This document shows, piece by piece, positions 20,206 to 30,852 of a stretch of DNA of 64,000 nucleotides. Source of the DNA: an uncultured Planctomycetota bacterium (lineage in GTDB: Bacteria > Planctomycetota > Planctomycetia > Isosphaerales > Isosphaeraceae); assembly GCA_963823665.1 (NCBI GenBank), contig CAWGMQ010000010.1, forward strand, positions 2,176,001 through 2,240,000. The letters run 5' to 3'. The notes below the pieces were generated by a model. The model did no database searches. It was not told the DNA's origin and was given only the letters and a program-made list of their open reading frames with translations. A program made the position numbers and the translations under genes. Every line of letters begins with the position of its first letter. Positions within the stretch are counted from its first letter, which is position 1.

Positions 20206-22659
20206 CTAGCGATTGCTCGCGCTCCTGCGAATTCCGCCTCGAGCGTCTTCGGGAAGCTCGATCATCTGCCCGACAACGAGCTGGCCCGGGTCGTCGATCA
20301 CGCCGCGATTGAGCTCGAGGATCTCATTCGCTCGCCGCGAGTCGTCCAGCATGTCGTGCGCGATCGACCTGAGCGTGTCATACGTACGCACCCGGTAGAT
20401 CGGTCTGCTCGATCCGCCTGCTGCGGATCTGCGTGAGCGTGCGGCCGTGCGCACATCCTGATCGTCTCCCGCTTCATCGCCGTCAAACACCTTGGCCGCC
20501 GCGGCGCTCCTCCCCTTGTAAGCCGTCGACCGGTCGCCTGCTGACGCGGTCACGGAAGGTGCCGAGTCGTCCTCGTATTCCGATCGACTGGCACGTCGCG
20601 CAGGCACATCGCCCCGCCCGGACGCCTGGCGAGTTTTCCCCGGCGCCGGTGCGAGAGCAGCTTCGGAATCGCCACCACCGGTTTTCGACCCTCGGCCCGC
20701 TCGGCGCGAGATGCCCAGCGACGCCTCCCACTGCGGTGAAGCCGTCCTGCCTGGCGCCAGGATGTAGTCGGGGTTGAGGTCCTCGATCGCCGGCACGACG
20801 ATCACGTCGCCTTCGTGCAACACGTCGATATAGGGATGATTGGCGGAGTTTGCCCTCCAGAGCGCGGCGAAGTACCGCCCCGACCCCCAGTACTGGCGCG
20901 AGATGATCCAGTAGTTCTCGCCCCGCTCGACCACGTGCTCCGTCGCCTCGACCCGTTCCATGTGCGAGGCCGCGCGCGGCTGTTGCTCGGCCGCATCCGT
21001 GGCCGCGCTCCGCGAGGGACGCGATGATGAGTTCGTTGCCCCGCCTTCCCGGTGCGACGACTGGCTCGGCTCCGGCTCGAAGTCAATCGAGCGCCTGGCG
21101 TGAAATCGGGAATCGACCGCTGCCGTCGCCGGCCCCGAGCCGCGCTCCAGACCGCCGGCAACGGGTGGCTCGGCCGCTTTCTCGGTCGGGTCGACGGGAA
21201 GGCTGCCCGAGTTGGGAATCGGAATCCAGCCGGGATCGCTTCCCGTCCTGGGCGTCTGCTCCGCCGGCTTCGATTCGATCGGCTCCCCCGACGGCATCGG
21301 GATTTTCTCGCCGCTCGGCACAGGCGCTGGCCGTTCAGGTGCCGTCGCGTTCACTCGCTCCGGCGTCGGCGCGGGATTGGAAGCCGCAGACGGCGTCTTC
21401 GGCTCGTCCGGCTTCGGAGGAATGACGACTGCCGGAGGCTCGGACGCGCCGCTTGAATCGGGTGCCGATTCGACAGACGGCTTCGCCGCTGACTCGATCG
21501 GTGGCAGCGCCGGTCCGTCGATTTTCTTCGGTTCGTCGAGTGGTTTGCTTTCCCCGGAGGGCGGTGCCCCTGGACCAACTAGCGGTGTTGCAGGTGCCGG
21601 TGCAGGTCCCTCTGTCGCTGGTCCCGGCTCGCCCTTCATGGATTCCTTGGGTTTCTCTGCGGCCGCTTTGTTCGCGCCTTCGGGAAGCCAGAGATCCGCG
21701 GGTGGCTCCGGCATCGGGTTTGTCTTGGCGGCTTGCTCTCCCGCGCCGGTGGGCGAGGCCGCCGGTGGCTGCGATGCCGCCGTCTGATCGGTCGGGGCTC
21801 GACCGATTGCGCTCGAATCAGCATTCTTTTTCTCATCGGCCGCAGCCGACGCCGGGGCAGGGGGCGTATTCCCGTGCTCCTGCGCCGCGGCCGAGGAAAG
21901 GAGTGTCGCGGCCTTCCCCGCGTCTCCGGTGGGTGCCGGAAGGGGAACCACGGCAGGCTCGGCGCTCGTGATGGCCGGCTGCGCCGCCACCGCCGCCGGT
22001 ACCGGTGCAGCTCCCGGCTTCGTCTCGTCTTTTTTCTGCTCTTCGCTCTGCGCGAGCGACCCGGGGGGTGCAGCGTCGTGCTCGGTTGGCTGCGGCTTGT
22101 CGTTCGACTGCGCCTTCGGAGGGGCACTCGAGGGCTGTGTACCGGGTTCAGTCTGCGCGATCGTCGCATCCGTTTTGTCGGCCTTGGGGGGAGCTGCCGG
22201 GTCGGTTGCCGAAACAACTTCCTTGGCGGCCCCTTCACCCGCCTTGGTGTCGCCGGCGACCTTGGTTCCACCCTCGGATTGTGGTCCTTTCGCTTCGGCA
22301 TCCCCCGGCGATTTGTTCCCGGAAATTGCGTTCGTCACATCGCGCCGAGTCGTCCCGGAGCGCGACTGTGAGTAGATAATCCCACCCAGAATCAAGATCG
22401 AGGCCAGCGCGGCGATCGAATGCCGCGGGTAGCGGCGAGCCACCGCCACGAGCACCGACACCACGGCCCCGATGACCCGCTTGAGCAGCGACGCCGCCAG
22501 CCCCACGATTCGCAAAGCGGCGCCAGCAGCGGCCCCTCTTTTCTTCGAGGCCGCGGCGGCCGCGGTAGCCTGGGTTTCCTCCGCAGCGGCGGTTGTTTCC
22601 CCCGCCTCGGGATTCGCCGGCCCTGTGGCCGGCCCGATGATCACGACGGGTTCGGGCAT
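20206..22659 (-). CDS. Membrane-anchored Pro/Ala-rich protein with two LysM domains
   Basis: TM helix SIAALASILILGGIIYS; long low-complexity linker; HVVERGENYWIISRQYWG...LWRAN and YRVRTYDTLRSIAHDML...ILELN LysM motifs; start overlaps the rsmH 3' end. Confidence 0.85.
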   Translation of the reverse strand: MPEPVVIIGPATGPANPEAGETTAAAEETQATAAAAASKKRGAAAGAALRIVGLAASLLKRVIGAVVSVLVAVARRYPRHSIAALASILILGGIIYSQSRSGTTRRDVTNAISGNKSPGDAEAKGPQSEGGTKVAGDTKAGEGAAKEVVSATDPAAPPKADKTDATIAQTEPGTQPSSAPPKAQSNDKPQPTEHDAAPPGSLAQSEEQKKDETKPGAAPVPAAVAAQPAITSAEPAVVPLPAPTGDAGKAATLLSSAAAQEHGNTPPAPASAAADEKKNADSSAIGRAPTDQTAASQPPAASPTGAGEQAAKTNPMPEPPADLWLPEGANKAAAEKPKESMKGEPGPATEGPAPAPATPLVGPGAPPSGESKPLDEPKKIDGPALPPIESAAKPSVESAPDSSGASEPPAVVIPPKPDEPKTPSAASNPAPTPERVNATAPERPAPVPSGEKIPMPSGEPIESKPAEQTPRTGSDPGWIPIPNSGSLPVDPTEKAAEPPVAGGLERGSGPATAAVDSRFHARRSIDFEPEPSQSSHREGGATNSSSRPSRSAATDAAEQQPRAASHMERVEATEHVVERGENYWIISRQYWGSGRYFAALWRANSANHPYIDVLHEGDVIVVPAIEDLNPDYILAPGRTASPQWEASLGISRRAGRGSKTGGGDSEAALAPAPGKTRQASGRGDVPARRASRSEYEDDSAPSVTASAGDRSTAYKGRSAAAAKVFDGDEAGDDQDVRTAARSRRSAAGGSSRPIYRVRTYDTLRSIAHDMLDDSRRANEILELNRGVIDDPGQLVVGQMIELPEDARGGIRRSASNR

Positions 22660-23548
22660 TTCTCAACCACCCTCAGTTTGGCACTACGGGCCCGCGGGTT
22701 CTCGGCAGTTTCCCGGGCCCCCGCGGTGACGGGTTTCCTTGTCAGAACAGAGAGCTCCGGGTGTCTCTTGAAGGCCCATTTGACGCGCCGGTCTTCCAGC
22801 GAATGAAAGCTGATGATTGCGGCTCGCCCCTGCGGCAGGAGCAGGCCCGGAATCGCTGCGAGTGCTTGCTCGAGTTGGCCGAGCTCGTCGTTAACGACGA
22901 TCCGAAGCGCCTGGAAGACGCGGGTCGCCGGGTCGATCGGTCCGTGCCGTGCGTGGCCCGGAATCGCGCGACGCACAATCGCCGCGAGCTGGGCCGAGCT
23001 TCGGATCTTATCCAGCTTCCGCTCTTCCACCACCCTGCGCGCAATGCGCCGGCTGAATCGCTCCTCGCCAAACTCATAGAACAGATCCGCCAGCTCGGCT
23101 TCGCGAAGCTGATTGACGAGATCGGCCGCAGTTGGCACGTCTTCACCCGCGTCGAATCGCATGTCGAGCGGCCCCTCCGACGCGAAGCTGAACCCGCGGT
23201 CAGATGCCGCAAGCTGGTCGGATGAGAGACCCAGGTCCAGGATGATCGCATCCACCGCCTCGATTCCCATTTGCTCCAGCACGGCACGCATATCGCCGTA
23301 CGCCGCGTGCACCAGAGTGACCCGGTCCGACAATTCCGCGAGCCGAACGGCTTCTTTGGCCTCCACCAGCATGCTCGGGTCGCGGTCCAGCCCGATGGCT
23401 CTCCCGCCCTCTCCGAGCCGCTTCGCCATCGCCACGAGATGGCCGCCGCCCCCCACCGTCCCGTCGACGACGATCGCGCCGCGCGCAGAGCGACAGGAAG
23501 CCACGAGGCAATCTCGTCAACCATCACCGGCCGGTGAACCGATCCCAT
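22641..23548 (-). CDS. rsmH: 16S rRNA (cytosine1402-N4)-methyltransferase RsmH (MraW); frameshift near 23490
   Basis: HRPVMVDE in one frame, then DGTVGGGGH, DLGLSSDQL, RGFSF..GPLDMRFD, ATRVFQALRIVVNDEL, ISFHSLEDRRVK and NPRARSAKLR. Confidence 0.95.
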
Positions 23549-23618
23549 GGCGGCCTTCGAACAAAGAAAAGAAGGGACTGTTCCTGCCGCGCCCGGGTCC
23601 AGACATGGTCAACAGGAT

Positions 23619-23646
23619 ACTCTAGCCCGACAGCCAGAGCTGTCAA
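23619..23646 (-). promoter_or_regulatory. Putative sigma70 promoter for rsmH-LysM
   Basis: Minus strand TTGACA-N16-TAGAGT, about 70 bp upstream of the rsmH ATG. Confidence 0.5.
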
Positions 23647-23681
23647 GGGCGGTATTCGTCTCTGATGGATCCCTGTGTCCT

Positions 23682-24776
23682 TCACACTGCATAGCGCCTG
23701 ATCGCGTCCTCGTTCCACCGGATCCCGCTGCCTGGTACATCCGGGATCATGAGATGGCCATCCTGCAGCTTGAACGGTTCGGCAAGTATCGGGTAGGCCC
23801 AATCTTGCCACTCGAGCCAGTGGGCCGTTTCCGTTACGCACATGAGGTGGGCCGCGAACTCAGGATAGAGATGTGTGGACATCGGAATACCGGCAGCGCC
23901 AGCCACTGCTGCCGCGCGCAGCCAACCCGTCACGCCGCCTATTCGCATCAGGTCGGGCATGACGAAGTCCCCGGCGCCAGAAACGATCGCCTGGAACAAA
24001 ACTCGCGGGCCGTAGAAGTTCTCCCCGAGCTGGACTGGCGTCTTTAATTCGCGAGTGAGCCGGATATAGCCAGCAAGGTTGTCGTAGACGACCGGCTCCT
24101 CGAACCAGAACAGGCCCTCGTCATCGAGCGAGTGACAGCGCTCGAGCGCGTCACCAAGCGACAGTCCTTGGTTGAAGTCACACATCAGCTTGACTTCCTC
24201 GCCGGCCCCTTGGCGGACGGCTGCAATGGCGGCAAGATCATCGGCGAGCCGGTCCCGACCCAGACGCAGTTTCAGCGCCGTGAAGCCGCCCTCCTGAACC
24301 AGTTCTTCGGCCCCCTGTCGGAGACTCTCTGCCGGGTTAAGCCAGAGCCCGTTGCTGTTGTAGGCGGGCACGGGGCCGATCGCCCCACCCAGAAAGACGG
24401 CCAGCGGCATGCCGGCGGCCTGAGCCAGCGCGTCCCAGGCAGCCATGTCGAGCCCCGCCACGGCGATCAGCGACAGACCTTCGCGCCCAACCAGGTGCAG
24501 CGCATTGAGCCCCCGGCGGAAAAACTCAAACGGCGCAACCGGCTGACCTCGGAGCGCCTCGGCCACATCCATGATCACCGGCGTCAGATAGCGTGCCGCC
24601 TGCTTGAGATATGGCTCCAGGTAGCTGCGCCCGACGATTCCTTCTTCCGTGTAAAGATCGATGAGGATCATCGGCCAATCATCGAAGAATCCGACCTTCG
24701 AGACGATGGGATGGCGTAGCGGCAAGACGACCAGCCGAACCCGGACGGTCTTCAAAGTCAGTCTGGAATGTGTCAT
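23682..24776 (-). CDS. Mandelate racemase/enolase superfamily protein
   Basis: AGLDMAAWDALA, KLR, DFNQ, WFEEP, LGENF, MPDLMRIGGVTGW, STHL and PGSGIRW. Confidence 0.92.
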   Translation of the reverse strand: MTHSRLTLKTVRVRLVVLPLRHPIVSKVGFFDDWPMILIDLYTEEGIVGRSYLEPYLKQAARYLTPVIMDVAEALRGQPVAPFEFFRRGLNALHLVGREGLSLIAVAGLDMAAWDALAQAAGMPLAVFLGGAIGPVPAYNSNGLWLNPAESLRQGAEELVQEGGFTALKLRLGRDRLADDLAAIAAVRQGAGEEVKLMCDFNQGLSLGDALERCHSLDDEGLFWFEEPVVYDNLAGYIRLTRELKTPVQLGENFYGPRVLFQAIVSGAGDFVMPDLMRIGGVTGWLRAAAVAGAAGIPMSTHLYPEFAAHLMCVTETAHWLEWQDWAYPILAEPFKLQDGHLMIPDVPGSGIRWNEDAIRRYAV

Positions 24777-24870
24777 GCGATCACCCCCCTTTCGGCCTAT
24801 GGGTTCCGTCTGGTTCGAGTCGATCACGGTTGCTCGGCCCCACCTGCTTTATCGCGCCTGGCACTCACGC

Positions 24871-25707
24871 TCAACCCACGGGCGCCTCCAGATCCAGTTG
24901 CAGCGGCGCGAGGGGTACCCCCGCAGGCTCCACGCGGTAGGATTTACCGCGGCACAGGCGGGGCAGCGCCGTGAGCGTGCCAGTGGCGATCACCTCGCCC
25001 GGCAAGAGCCGCGGAGCCCACGACTGGGCCGCCAGCACGCGCGTCAGAAAGCCAAGCGCGAGGAGTGGGCTGCCCAGAGCGTTGCGTCCCGCCCCCTCGG
25101 CCGCGAAGTCGTTTCCGCCGCGGAGCGTGACTTTGAGCGTCTGCAGGCTTGTGGCGAGGTGTCGAGGATCCACGGAATCCACACGCCAGGGAGTGCCCAC
25201 CACGAGCGCCGCGTGAACCCCGAAGTCGGCGACGGCCTCCGAGGCGGTAAAACGCCAGTCGGCGTAATGAGAATCCACGATCTCGAGCCCGAGCGCCGCC
25301 CATTCGAGACAGCCCGCCAATTCCTCCATCGATGGATCGCCGCCTGGAACCGCATGGCGCAGCTTGAGCACCACCTCGGGCTCGAGCCGCGGCGCCACCA
25401 TGCCGTCCAGCGGTAGACGCAGATAACCTCCCTGCGCGTAATGGACAGTCTCGGTATACATGTGTGCCCAGATTGGTTGTTTCGCATCGAATTGTGCCCA
25501 CATGGCGGGATTAGTGAAGCCGATCTTGCGGCCGGCGGCTCGGTATCCTCGCCTCAAGAGGCACCCGTGGAGTGCATGGCCGACGTGGTAGCCCCTCTCC
25601 AGATCGAAGCCGATGCACCGCTGCGACGGTGATGGAGTGATTCGCGCGGCATTACGCGCCTGAAGCAGGTCGGTTACGAGCCGCTCGTCTTCCCGGGCAT
25701 CTTGCAT
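24871..25707 (-). CDS. 2-keto-4-pentenoate hydratase-like (fumarylacetoacetate hydrolase family) protein
   Basis: GRKIGFTN, PRLEPEV, LEIVDS, VADFGVH, ALGSPL and GEVIATGTLT. Confidence 0.9.
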   Translation of the reverse strand: MQDAREDERLVTDLLQARNAARITPSPSQRCIGFDLERGYHVGHALHGCLLRRGYRAAGRKIGFTNPAMWAQFDAKQPIWAHMYTETVHYAQGGYLRLPLDGMVAPRLEPEVVLKLRHAVPGGDPSMEELAGCLEWAALGLEIVDSHYADWRFTASEAVADFGVHAALVVGTPWRVDSVDPRHLATSLQTLKVTLRGGNDFAAEGAGRNALGSPLLALGFLTRVLAAQSWAPRLLPGEVIATGTLTALPRLCRGKSYRVEPAGVPLAPLQLDLEAPVG

Positions 25708-25767
25708 CGGCAGACTCCGAAAAGCTCCGCGCGACGGGGCCAGGCTCCGCACGGGAAGGATCGCGGC

Positions 25768-28700
25768 CTAGCGCGCGCTCCCGGCAAGGACGCGTGCTGC
25801 TCGCTCAGGATGGCGGCGCCGGAATTCCTGCCAGCGCTCGAGCCACTCGTCGTCGGTCAGGTTCGTGACACCGCCGCCTTCATGAATGCGCTGGCCGGAG
25901 AGCAGCTCGGCGCCAAGACACAGGTCATCGACGTCGAGCTCGTCCTCGTCAGCCGCGTAGAGGTCATCGAGATCCATGATGTCGAGTGCATCGGAGAATC
26001 CTCCGATCACGACTCGCCGGCCGTCTGGGCTGACCGTCACGTTCAAACCCTTGCCGCGCAGCGCGAAGGGCGGAGCCACTGGCGTGCCAGTGCGCCAATC
26101 CCAGACGCGAGCGGTCTTGTCCAGACTGGCGGTCACCATGAATGAGCCGTCGGTCGTGAACGCGGCAGCGTGCACCTCGTCGCTGTGCTCGAACGCCGGG
26201 CTTACCAGCCGGCCCGACTGCCAGTCCCAGACGCGGGCGCGGCCGTCCCGGCAGGCGGTAAGCAGGTGCTGTCCGTCTGGATGGAAGTGCGCGTCGAATA
26301 CCCAATCAGGATGCTGGATCGGCGTGGCACCCGGCTCGCCGGTTGCGTAATCCCAGACGCGTGCTTTCTTGTCGTAGGCTGCGGTGACGACATGCCGCCC
26401 GTCCGGCGAGAAAACCACGCTATGACAGGGCTCTGCGTGCGCGAGCTCATACCGCACCTTCCCTGTCTCGACGTCATATGCAGGCACTTTTTTCGCTAAC
26501 CCCCACACGAACACGGTCCGGCCGTCGGGGCCGAAACGCACGACGCCGTTGCCGTGCGTGTAGGCGCCCGAATCCGAAAGCTGGCGCGCCGTGCGCCACC
26601 GTGCCGCCACCTGGCCGTTGACTGTCTCGATCAGCAAGAGCTCGCCGTCACCACAGATCACGGCCAGGCGCTTCCCATCCGGGCTGTAGTCCAACCAGCG
26701 AGGATCGGAGGGAAGCGACGCGGGGGCGAGCGCCGGCTTTCCCGACCGCCAATCCCAGAAGTGAGCGAGCGGCGGCTGGCCCCGGCGGCCGCTGAGCATG
26801 GCGACGTGGCGACCATCGGGGGCAAAGGCCGCCCCCAGTATCACTCCTCCGGGCTGGAGTCGCGGCCCGGCGGGCTGGCCCGTTCTCAATTCGTAAACCC
26901 GAGTGCTGGCCATGGTGCAGCCACTCTGGTTCATTCCCGCCGGAAGCAGGTGCTTGCCATCGGGGCTGATCTTCCCGAATGAATACTGACCGTCGAGCGC
27001 GAGCCGGTAGCTCGACGGGTTTTGACGAGGCAGCGCCCACACCCGGATCATGCCGCCATCCTGAACCGTCGCGAAGGACCGGCCGTCCGGCGCGAAGCCC
27101 ACATGGTAGATCCCCGCTGGGTGAGTCAGAGGCTGGCCGATGAGCTGGCCGGACCGCACGGAACGGATCTCGGCAGTGCGATCTGTTGAACCGACCAGCA
27201 GCCGCGTGCTGTCGGGGCTGAAGGCGATCGGAGCAACGAGATTGCGGTACTCGAACGTAAAGAGGGCGCGTCCCGCCTCGGCTTCGAAAAGTTGAGCGAT
27301 CCCCAGGCCGGCTCTCCCTTCGCCGACCGCGAGATACTTGCCGCTGGGGCTAAGCGTCATTGCGACTCCCGCGTTATCGAGAAGCGGAACGGACTTGTTG
27401 TGCACCTCGGCATCGTAGGTCCTATCCAGGAGCGACATCCGGTCCATGTATTCGCGCCGAACGGACCGGATCTTCGCCCCGCTCTCGGCGTTCCACCACA
27501 ACAGATCTTTTTCGCTTCGTGTTACCAGGTCCCGACCATCCGCAACGAACAGCGGCGGAGTCGCCTTGGCGCCGGGGACAATGCCCGGTCGCTTGCTCAC
27601 GTGCGAAACCGGGGCAAATAACGGTTCGGCTGAGTCATGCGCAAGGGCGTAGACACGGCATCGACCGTCCCTGCAGGCAGTCGCCAGGCGATCGCCCCGA
27701 GGGTTGAAGATCACCGCGTCCAGTCCGGCGGGATGGCGAAGTTCCTGCGTGGCGAAGGTGCGAGCCTGGCAGTCCCAGACGCGCACCGTCGAGCCGGCGG
27801 CGATGGCCAGAAGTCGCCCGTCGGGGCTGAACGACAGCCACGACACCGGGGAATCAAACAGGAACTGCTCCTCCACATCGCTGCCCGGGAAGCTCGCCAC
27901 GGTGACGCTACCGGAATTGTCGCCGAATGCCAGTTTCCGCCCATCCGGACTCCAGGTCGCGCTACTTGCCGTGGCGGTCGCTTCCGGCAAAGGCAACGGC
28001 TGCTCACGTTCAAGGTCCCAGATACCCAATCCGCTTGGGAGATCGGGCCCCTCCCTCTTGGGCCCGCCCTGCACCAGCAGGTAGCGGCCGCCGGGGTGGA
28101 AAGAGAATTGCTCGAATGCCCCATAGTCGCCCGCGCGGCGGAAGCCGTGCAGCGGAGTGAACGCGCCGCGCGCCCAGGTCCGGGCGCGGATGCGGTTCAA
28201 GCGCTGGCGGCCTGGATCTTCGCTGGCCAACCGCACAGCGTTCGCAAACCAAAGGACGGCCTGGGCTGGATCTCCGCGCTCCCCGGCCACCAGCCCTTGA
28301 GACGTGTGCATGTCAGTCAATGCGAGAGCCAGCTTGCGGCTGGCTGTCTCGACGTGCTCCTTCGCCTGCATGGCCTTGGATCGTTCCACGTCCCGGTCTG
28401 CCGCCAGCAGAGTCTGCACCTGGGCTTGCTGACGAAAACGCTCCAGAGCGATTCCCACACCCGCAAGTCCCAAAAGCACCATCAGCCCGATCACTACCAG
28501 CGAAGTTGCAACCCCTGGATGGCGCCGGGACCACCGGGAGAAGCGTTCGAACGCTGAAATCCGGCGGGCCTTGATCGGCTCGTCGTTCAGGAACCTATGC
28601 AAGTCGGCGGCCAGCTCGGCGGCGGTGGCATAACGGCGTGCTGGATCGCGGTCGATGGCTTTATGGATGATGGTTGCCAGATCACGCGGCACCGCTCGGT

Positions 28701-29976
28701 TCGCCAGGCCAAGCCGGGTGGGCTCTTCCTGGATCACTTGCTTGATCAGCCGGTGCCGCTCGCGCTCGGCAAATGCAGGCCGAAACGCGAGCATTTCATA
28801 GAGCGTGAGTCCCAGGGAATACGTATCGCTGCGAGCATCGGTCTTGCCCTCAAAGGCTTCCGGCGGCATGTAGCGCAGCGTGCCGAGCACATCGCCGGTT
28901 TGAGTCAGGTTCTGCTGGTCGTTCACCTTGGCCAGACCGAAGTCGGTTACCCACACGGTTCCATGAGTGTCGAGCAGCAAGTTTGACGGTTTGATGTCCC
29001 GATGATTGATCCCTTGCTTGTGGGCGTACTCAAGCGCGTCGGCCACCTGTACACCGACGGAGGCCACGCTCTGCCAGTACGTCTGCTTCCGGCTGCTCGA
29101 CTTGCTCCTGTCGCGGCCCATCCCCGCGAACACCAGTGACGACGATGTGATCATGAACGAATCAGACAACACCGGCGTGCGATGGCCGTCCGACCTTTGG
29201 CCTATCGCGCCAAAGACGCCCGGCCGCTCCTCGAGTGGGCCCTCTCCGTGTTGTGCATCCCTGGTCGGCTCGAATTCTCCCACGAAAAGCGAGTGCGCAA
29301 TCTCCGCCGCCGATAGTTCGCCGCGGCGCCGGTTTCCCGGCCCGCCGTTTGATTCTACCGCAGTCTGCGAGACCTGCCCCGCATTCATCACCCCGCCGAG
29401 CTCGCCCTCGGCGCAGCCGCCCCCGTTGGTGTTACCCGGTTGCAGCTTCTTCAACTCTTCGAGCACCTCATCCAACCCCAACCCCTGGATGAATTGCATC
29501 ACGTAGTACGGCATGCCGTCCTGCTCGCCGACGCCGAAGACCGGCACAATATTGGTGTGGTGCAGCTTGGCGGCCGATCTGGCCTCGCGCTCGAACCGGC
29601 TCTGGGCATTCGCGTCGTGCAGCCGGCTCTTGGGCAAAACTTTTAATGCCACGTGCCGGCCGAGCGATACTTGCTCGGCCTCGTAGACGACGCCCATGCC
29701 GCCGCGGCCGATCTCGCGGATGATGCGATAGTCTCCCAGTCGCCCCAGCGGCGGCAACGGGCCGGAAGGCGCCGGCTCGCCGGCGATCTCGCGATCCTCC
29801 TTGACCTGCTCCATCTCAACCATGGCCGGGAAGAATTCCCGGATAAGGTCGGCCAGCTCCGGGTGCCGGTCGATGTACGATTGCAGGGCCGGTCGTTCGC
29901 CCCGCCGGTAGCGCTCCGCAAACTCGTCCGCCAGATCGTTGAGCATAACAAAACGCTCGGAGCTTTCACCGGACAT
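25768..29976 (-). CDS. Ser/Thr protein kinase with C-terminal WD40 repeats
   Basis: IGRGGMGVVY, VALK, HRDIKPSN, DFGLAK and GTLRYMPPE, then a TM helix and many FSPDG/ARVWD repeats. Confidence 0.95.
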   Translation of the reverse strand: MSGESSERFVMLNDLADEFAERYRRGERPALQSYIDRHPELADLIREFFPAMVEMEQVKEDREIAGEPAPSGPLPPLGRLGDYRIIREIGRGGMGVVYEAEQVSLGRHVALKVLPKSRLHDANAQSRFEREARSAAKLHHTNIVPVFGVGEQDGMPYYVMQFIQGLGLDEVLEELKKLQPGNTNGGGCAEGELGGVMNAGQVSQTAVESNGGPGNRRRGELSAAEIAHSLFVGEFEPTRDAQHGEGPLEERPGVFGAIGQRSDGHRTPVLSDSFMITSSSLVFAGMGRDRSKSSSRKQTYWQSVASVGVQVADALEYAHKQGINHRDIKPSNLLLDTHGTVWVTDFGLAKVNDQQNLTQTGDVLGTLRYMPPEAFEGKTDARSDTYSLGLTLYEMLAFRPAFAERERHRLIKQVIQEEPTRLGLANRAVPRDLATIIHKAIDRDPARRYATAAELAADLHRFLNDEPIKARRISAFERFSRWSRRHPGVATSLVVIGLMVLLGLAGVGIALERFRQQAQVQTLLAADRDVERSKAMQAKEHVETASRKLALALTDMHTSQGLVAGERGDPAQAVLWFANAVRLASEDPGRQRLNRIRARTWARGAFTPLHGFRRAGDYGAFEQFSFHPGGRYLLVQGGPKREGPDLPSGLGIWDLEREQPLPLPEATATASSATWSPDGRKLAFGDNSGSVTVASFPGSDVEEQFLFDSPVSWLSFSPDGRLLAIAAGSTVRVWDCQARTFATQELRHPAGLDAVIFNPRGDRLATACRDGRCRVYALAHDSAEPLFAPVSHVSKRPGIVPGAKATPPLFVADGRDLVTRSEKDLLWWNAESGAKIRSVRREYMDRMSLLDRTYDAEVHNKSVPLLDNAGVAMTLSPSGKYLAVGEGRAGLGIAQLFEAEAGRALFTFEYRNLVAPIAFSPDSTRLLVGSTDRTAEIRSVRSGQLIGQPLTHPAGIYHVGFAPDGRSFATVQDGGMIRVWALPRQNPSSYRLALDGQYSFGKISPDGKHLLPAGMNQSGCTMASTRVYELRTGQPAGPRLQPGGVILGAAFAPDGRHVAMLSGRRGQPPLAHFWDWRSGKPALAPASLPSDPRWLDYSPDGKRLAVICGDGELLLIETVNGQVAARWRTARQLSDSGAYTHGNGVVRFGPDGRTVFVWGLAKKVPAYDVETGKVRYELAHAEPCHSVVFSPDGRHVVTAAYDKKARVWDYATGEPGATPIQHPDWVFDAHFHPDGQHLLTACRDGRARVWDWQSGRLVSPAFEHSDEVHAAAFTTDGSFMVTASLDKTARVWDWRTGTPVAPPFALRGKGLNVTVSPDGRRVVIGGFSDALDIMDLDDLYAADEDELDVDDLCLGAELLSGQRIHEGGGVTNLTDDEWLERWQEFRRRHPERAARVLAGSAR

Positions 29977-29977
29977 G

Positions 29978-30616
29978 TCAGACCCCTTCACTCGCGCCGG
30001 GCAGGGGCGCAAGGAGACGCTTGAGGCGTTCGAGAGCACGGAAGTAACGTTTGGCAGCGGCCGACTCCTCGATGCCCAGGACCCTCGCGGTCTCGGCGGC
30101 AGTCAGCTCCTCGAAGTGGCGCAGCGAGAGGATCTCCCTGTCGATTGGCTCGAGGGCATTGAGCGCATCCTGCAGGCGGAGCGCCCGCTCAGCACGCACC
30201 GCGGCCTGGGTCGGAGAGGTGTGACGGCCCAGCAACTGGGCAGCCAGTGCCGCCGAGCTGGCCGCCGGCAAGGCGCCGTGAAACAGGGAGATCTCCCGGC
30301 CAGCATCGCGCATCTGGGTGCCGAGATGGTGCCGGTGCAGCTTCATCAGCCGCTCGCCGACCACAAGCCGTAACCACAAAAACAAGGGGAGCTTCGGGTC
30401 GCGAAGATACTCGCCCATGCGCTCTGCTACCTCGACATACGCCTCCTGGACCACGTCGGAAGCGTCGAAGCGTGCCTGCAAGCGGGCGTCAAGCCGCATC
30501 TCCACCATGCGCCGCAGACGATCGCGGTACCGGCGCAGGAGGGAGTTCATGGCCTCTCGGTCCCCCACCCGCATACGCCCTATCAGATCCGCTGAGTCGG
30601 CCACATTGTTTTCCAT
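29978..30616 (-). CDS. ECF sigma-70 factor, planctomycete kinase-associated type
   Basis: DASDVVQEAY, LFLWLR, TSPTQAA, DREILSLRHFEELTAAETA and KRYFRAL; abuts the kinase start. Confidence 0.93.
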   Translation of the reverse strand: MENNVADSADLIGRMRVGDREAMNSLLRRYRDRLRRMVEMRLDARLQARFDASDVVQEAYVEVAERMGEYLRDPKLPLFLWLRLVVGERLMKLHRHHLGTQMRDAGREISLFHGALPAASSAALAAQLLGRHTSPTQAAVRAERALRLQDALNALEPIDREILSLRHFEELTAAETARVLGIEESAAAKRYFRALERLKRLLAPLPGASEGV

Positions 30617-30852
30617 CAGTGCCCCTATACGATATTACCTCCGCAGCCCGACGCGTTCTGGACAGGCGAGCCGCGTTTTTTTTAATCCGCGATCGTCTCT
30701 GAGTCCCGTTTCCCTCGATCTTGCTTCTGACTGTCACGCCATCGTCCTCGAGCCTGGCGCGAAATGTCGCGGGCAAGGCCGCGGAAATCGCGCGGAGACG
30801 GATCGTCGCCTTCCTCCAAGAGGCCCGAGCCTGGCGCGAGAATCACGCGCGT

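Noticed and set aside
23682..25707. Racemase plus hydratase as a novel catabolic pathway
   Set aside because: Two common families with no transporter, dehydrogenase or regulator alongside; the substrate cannot be inferred.
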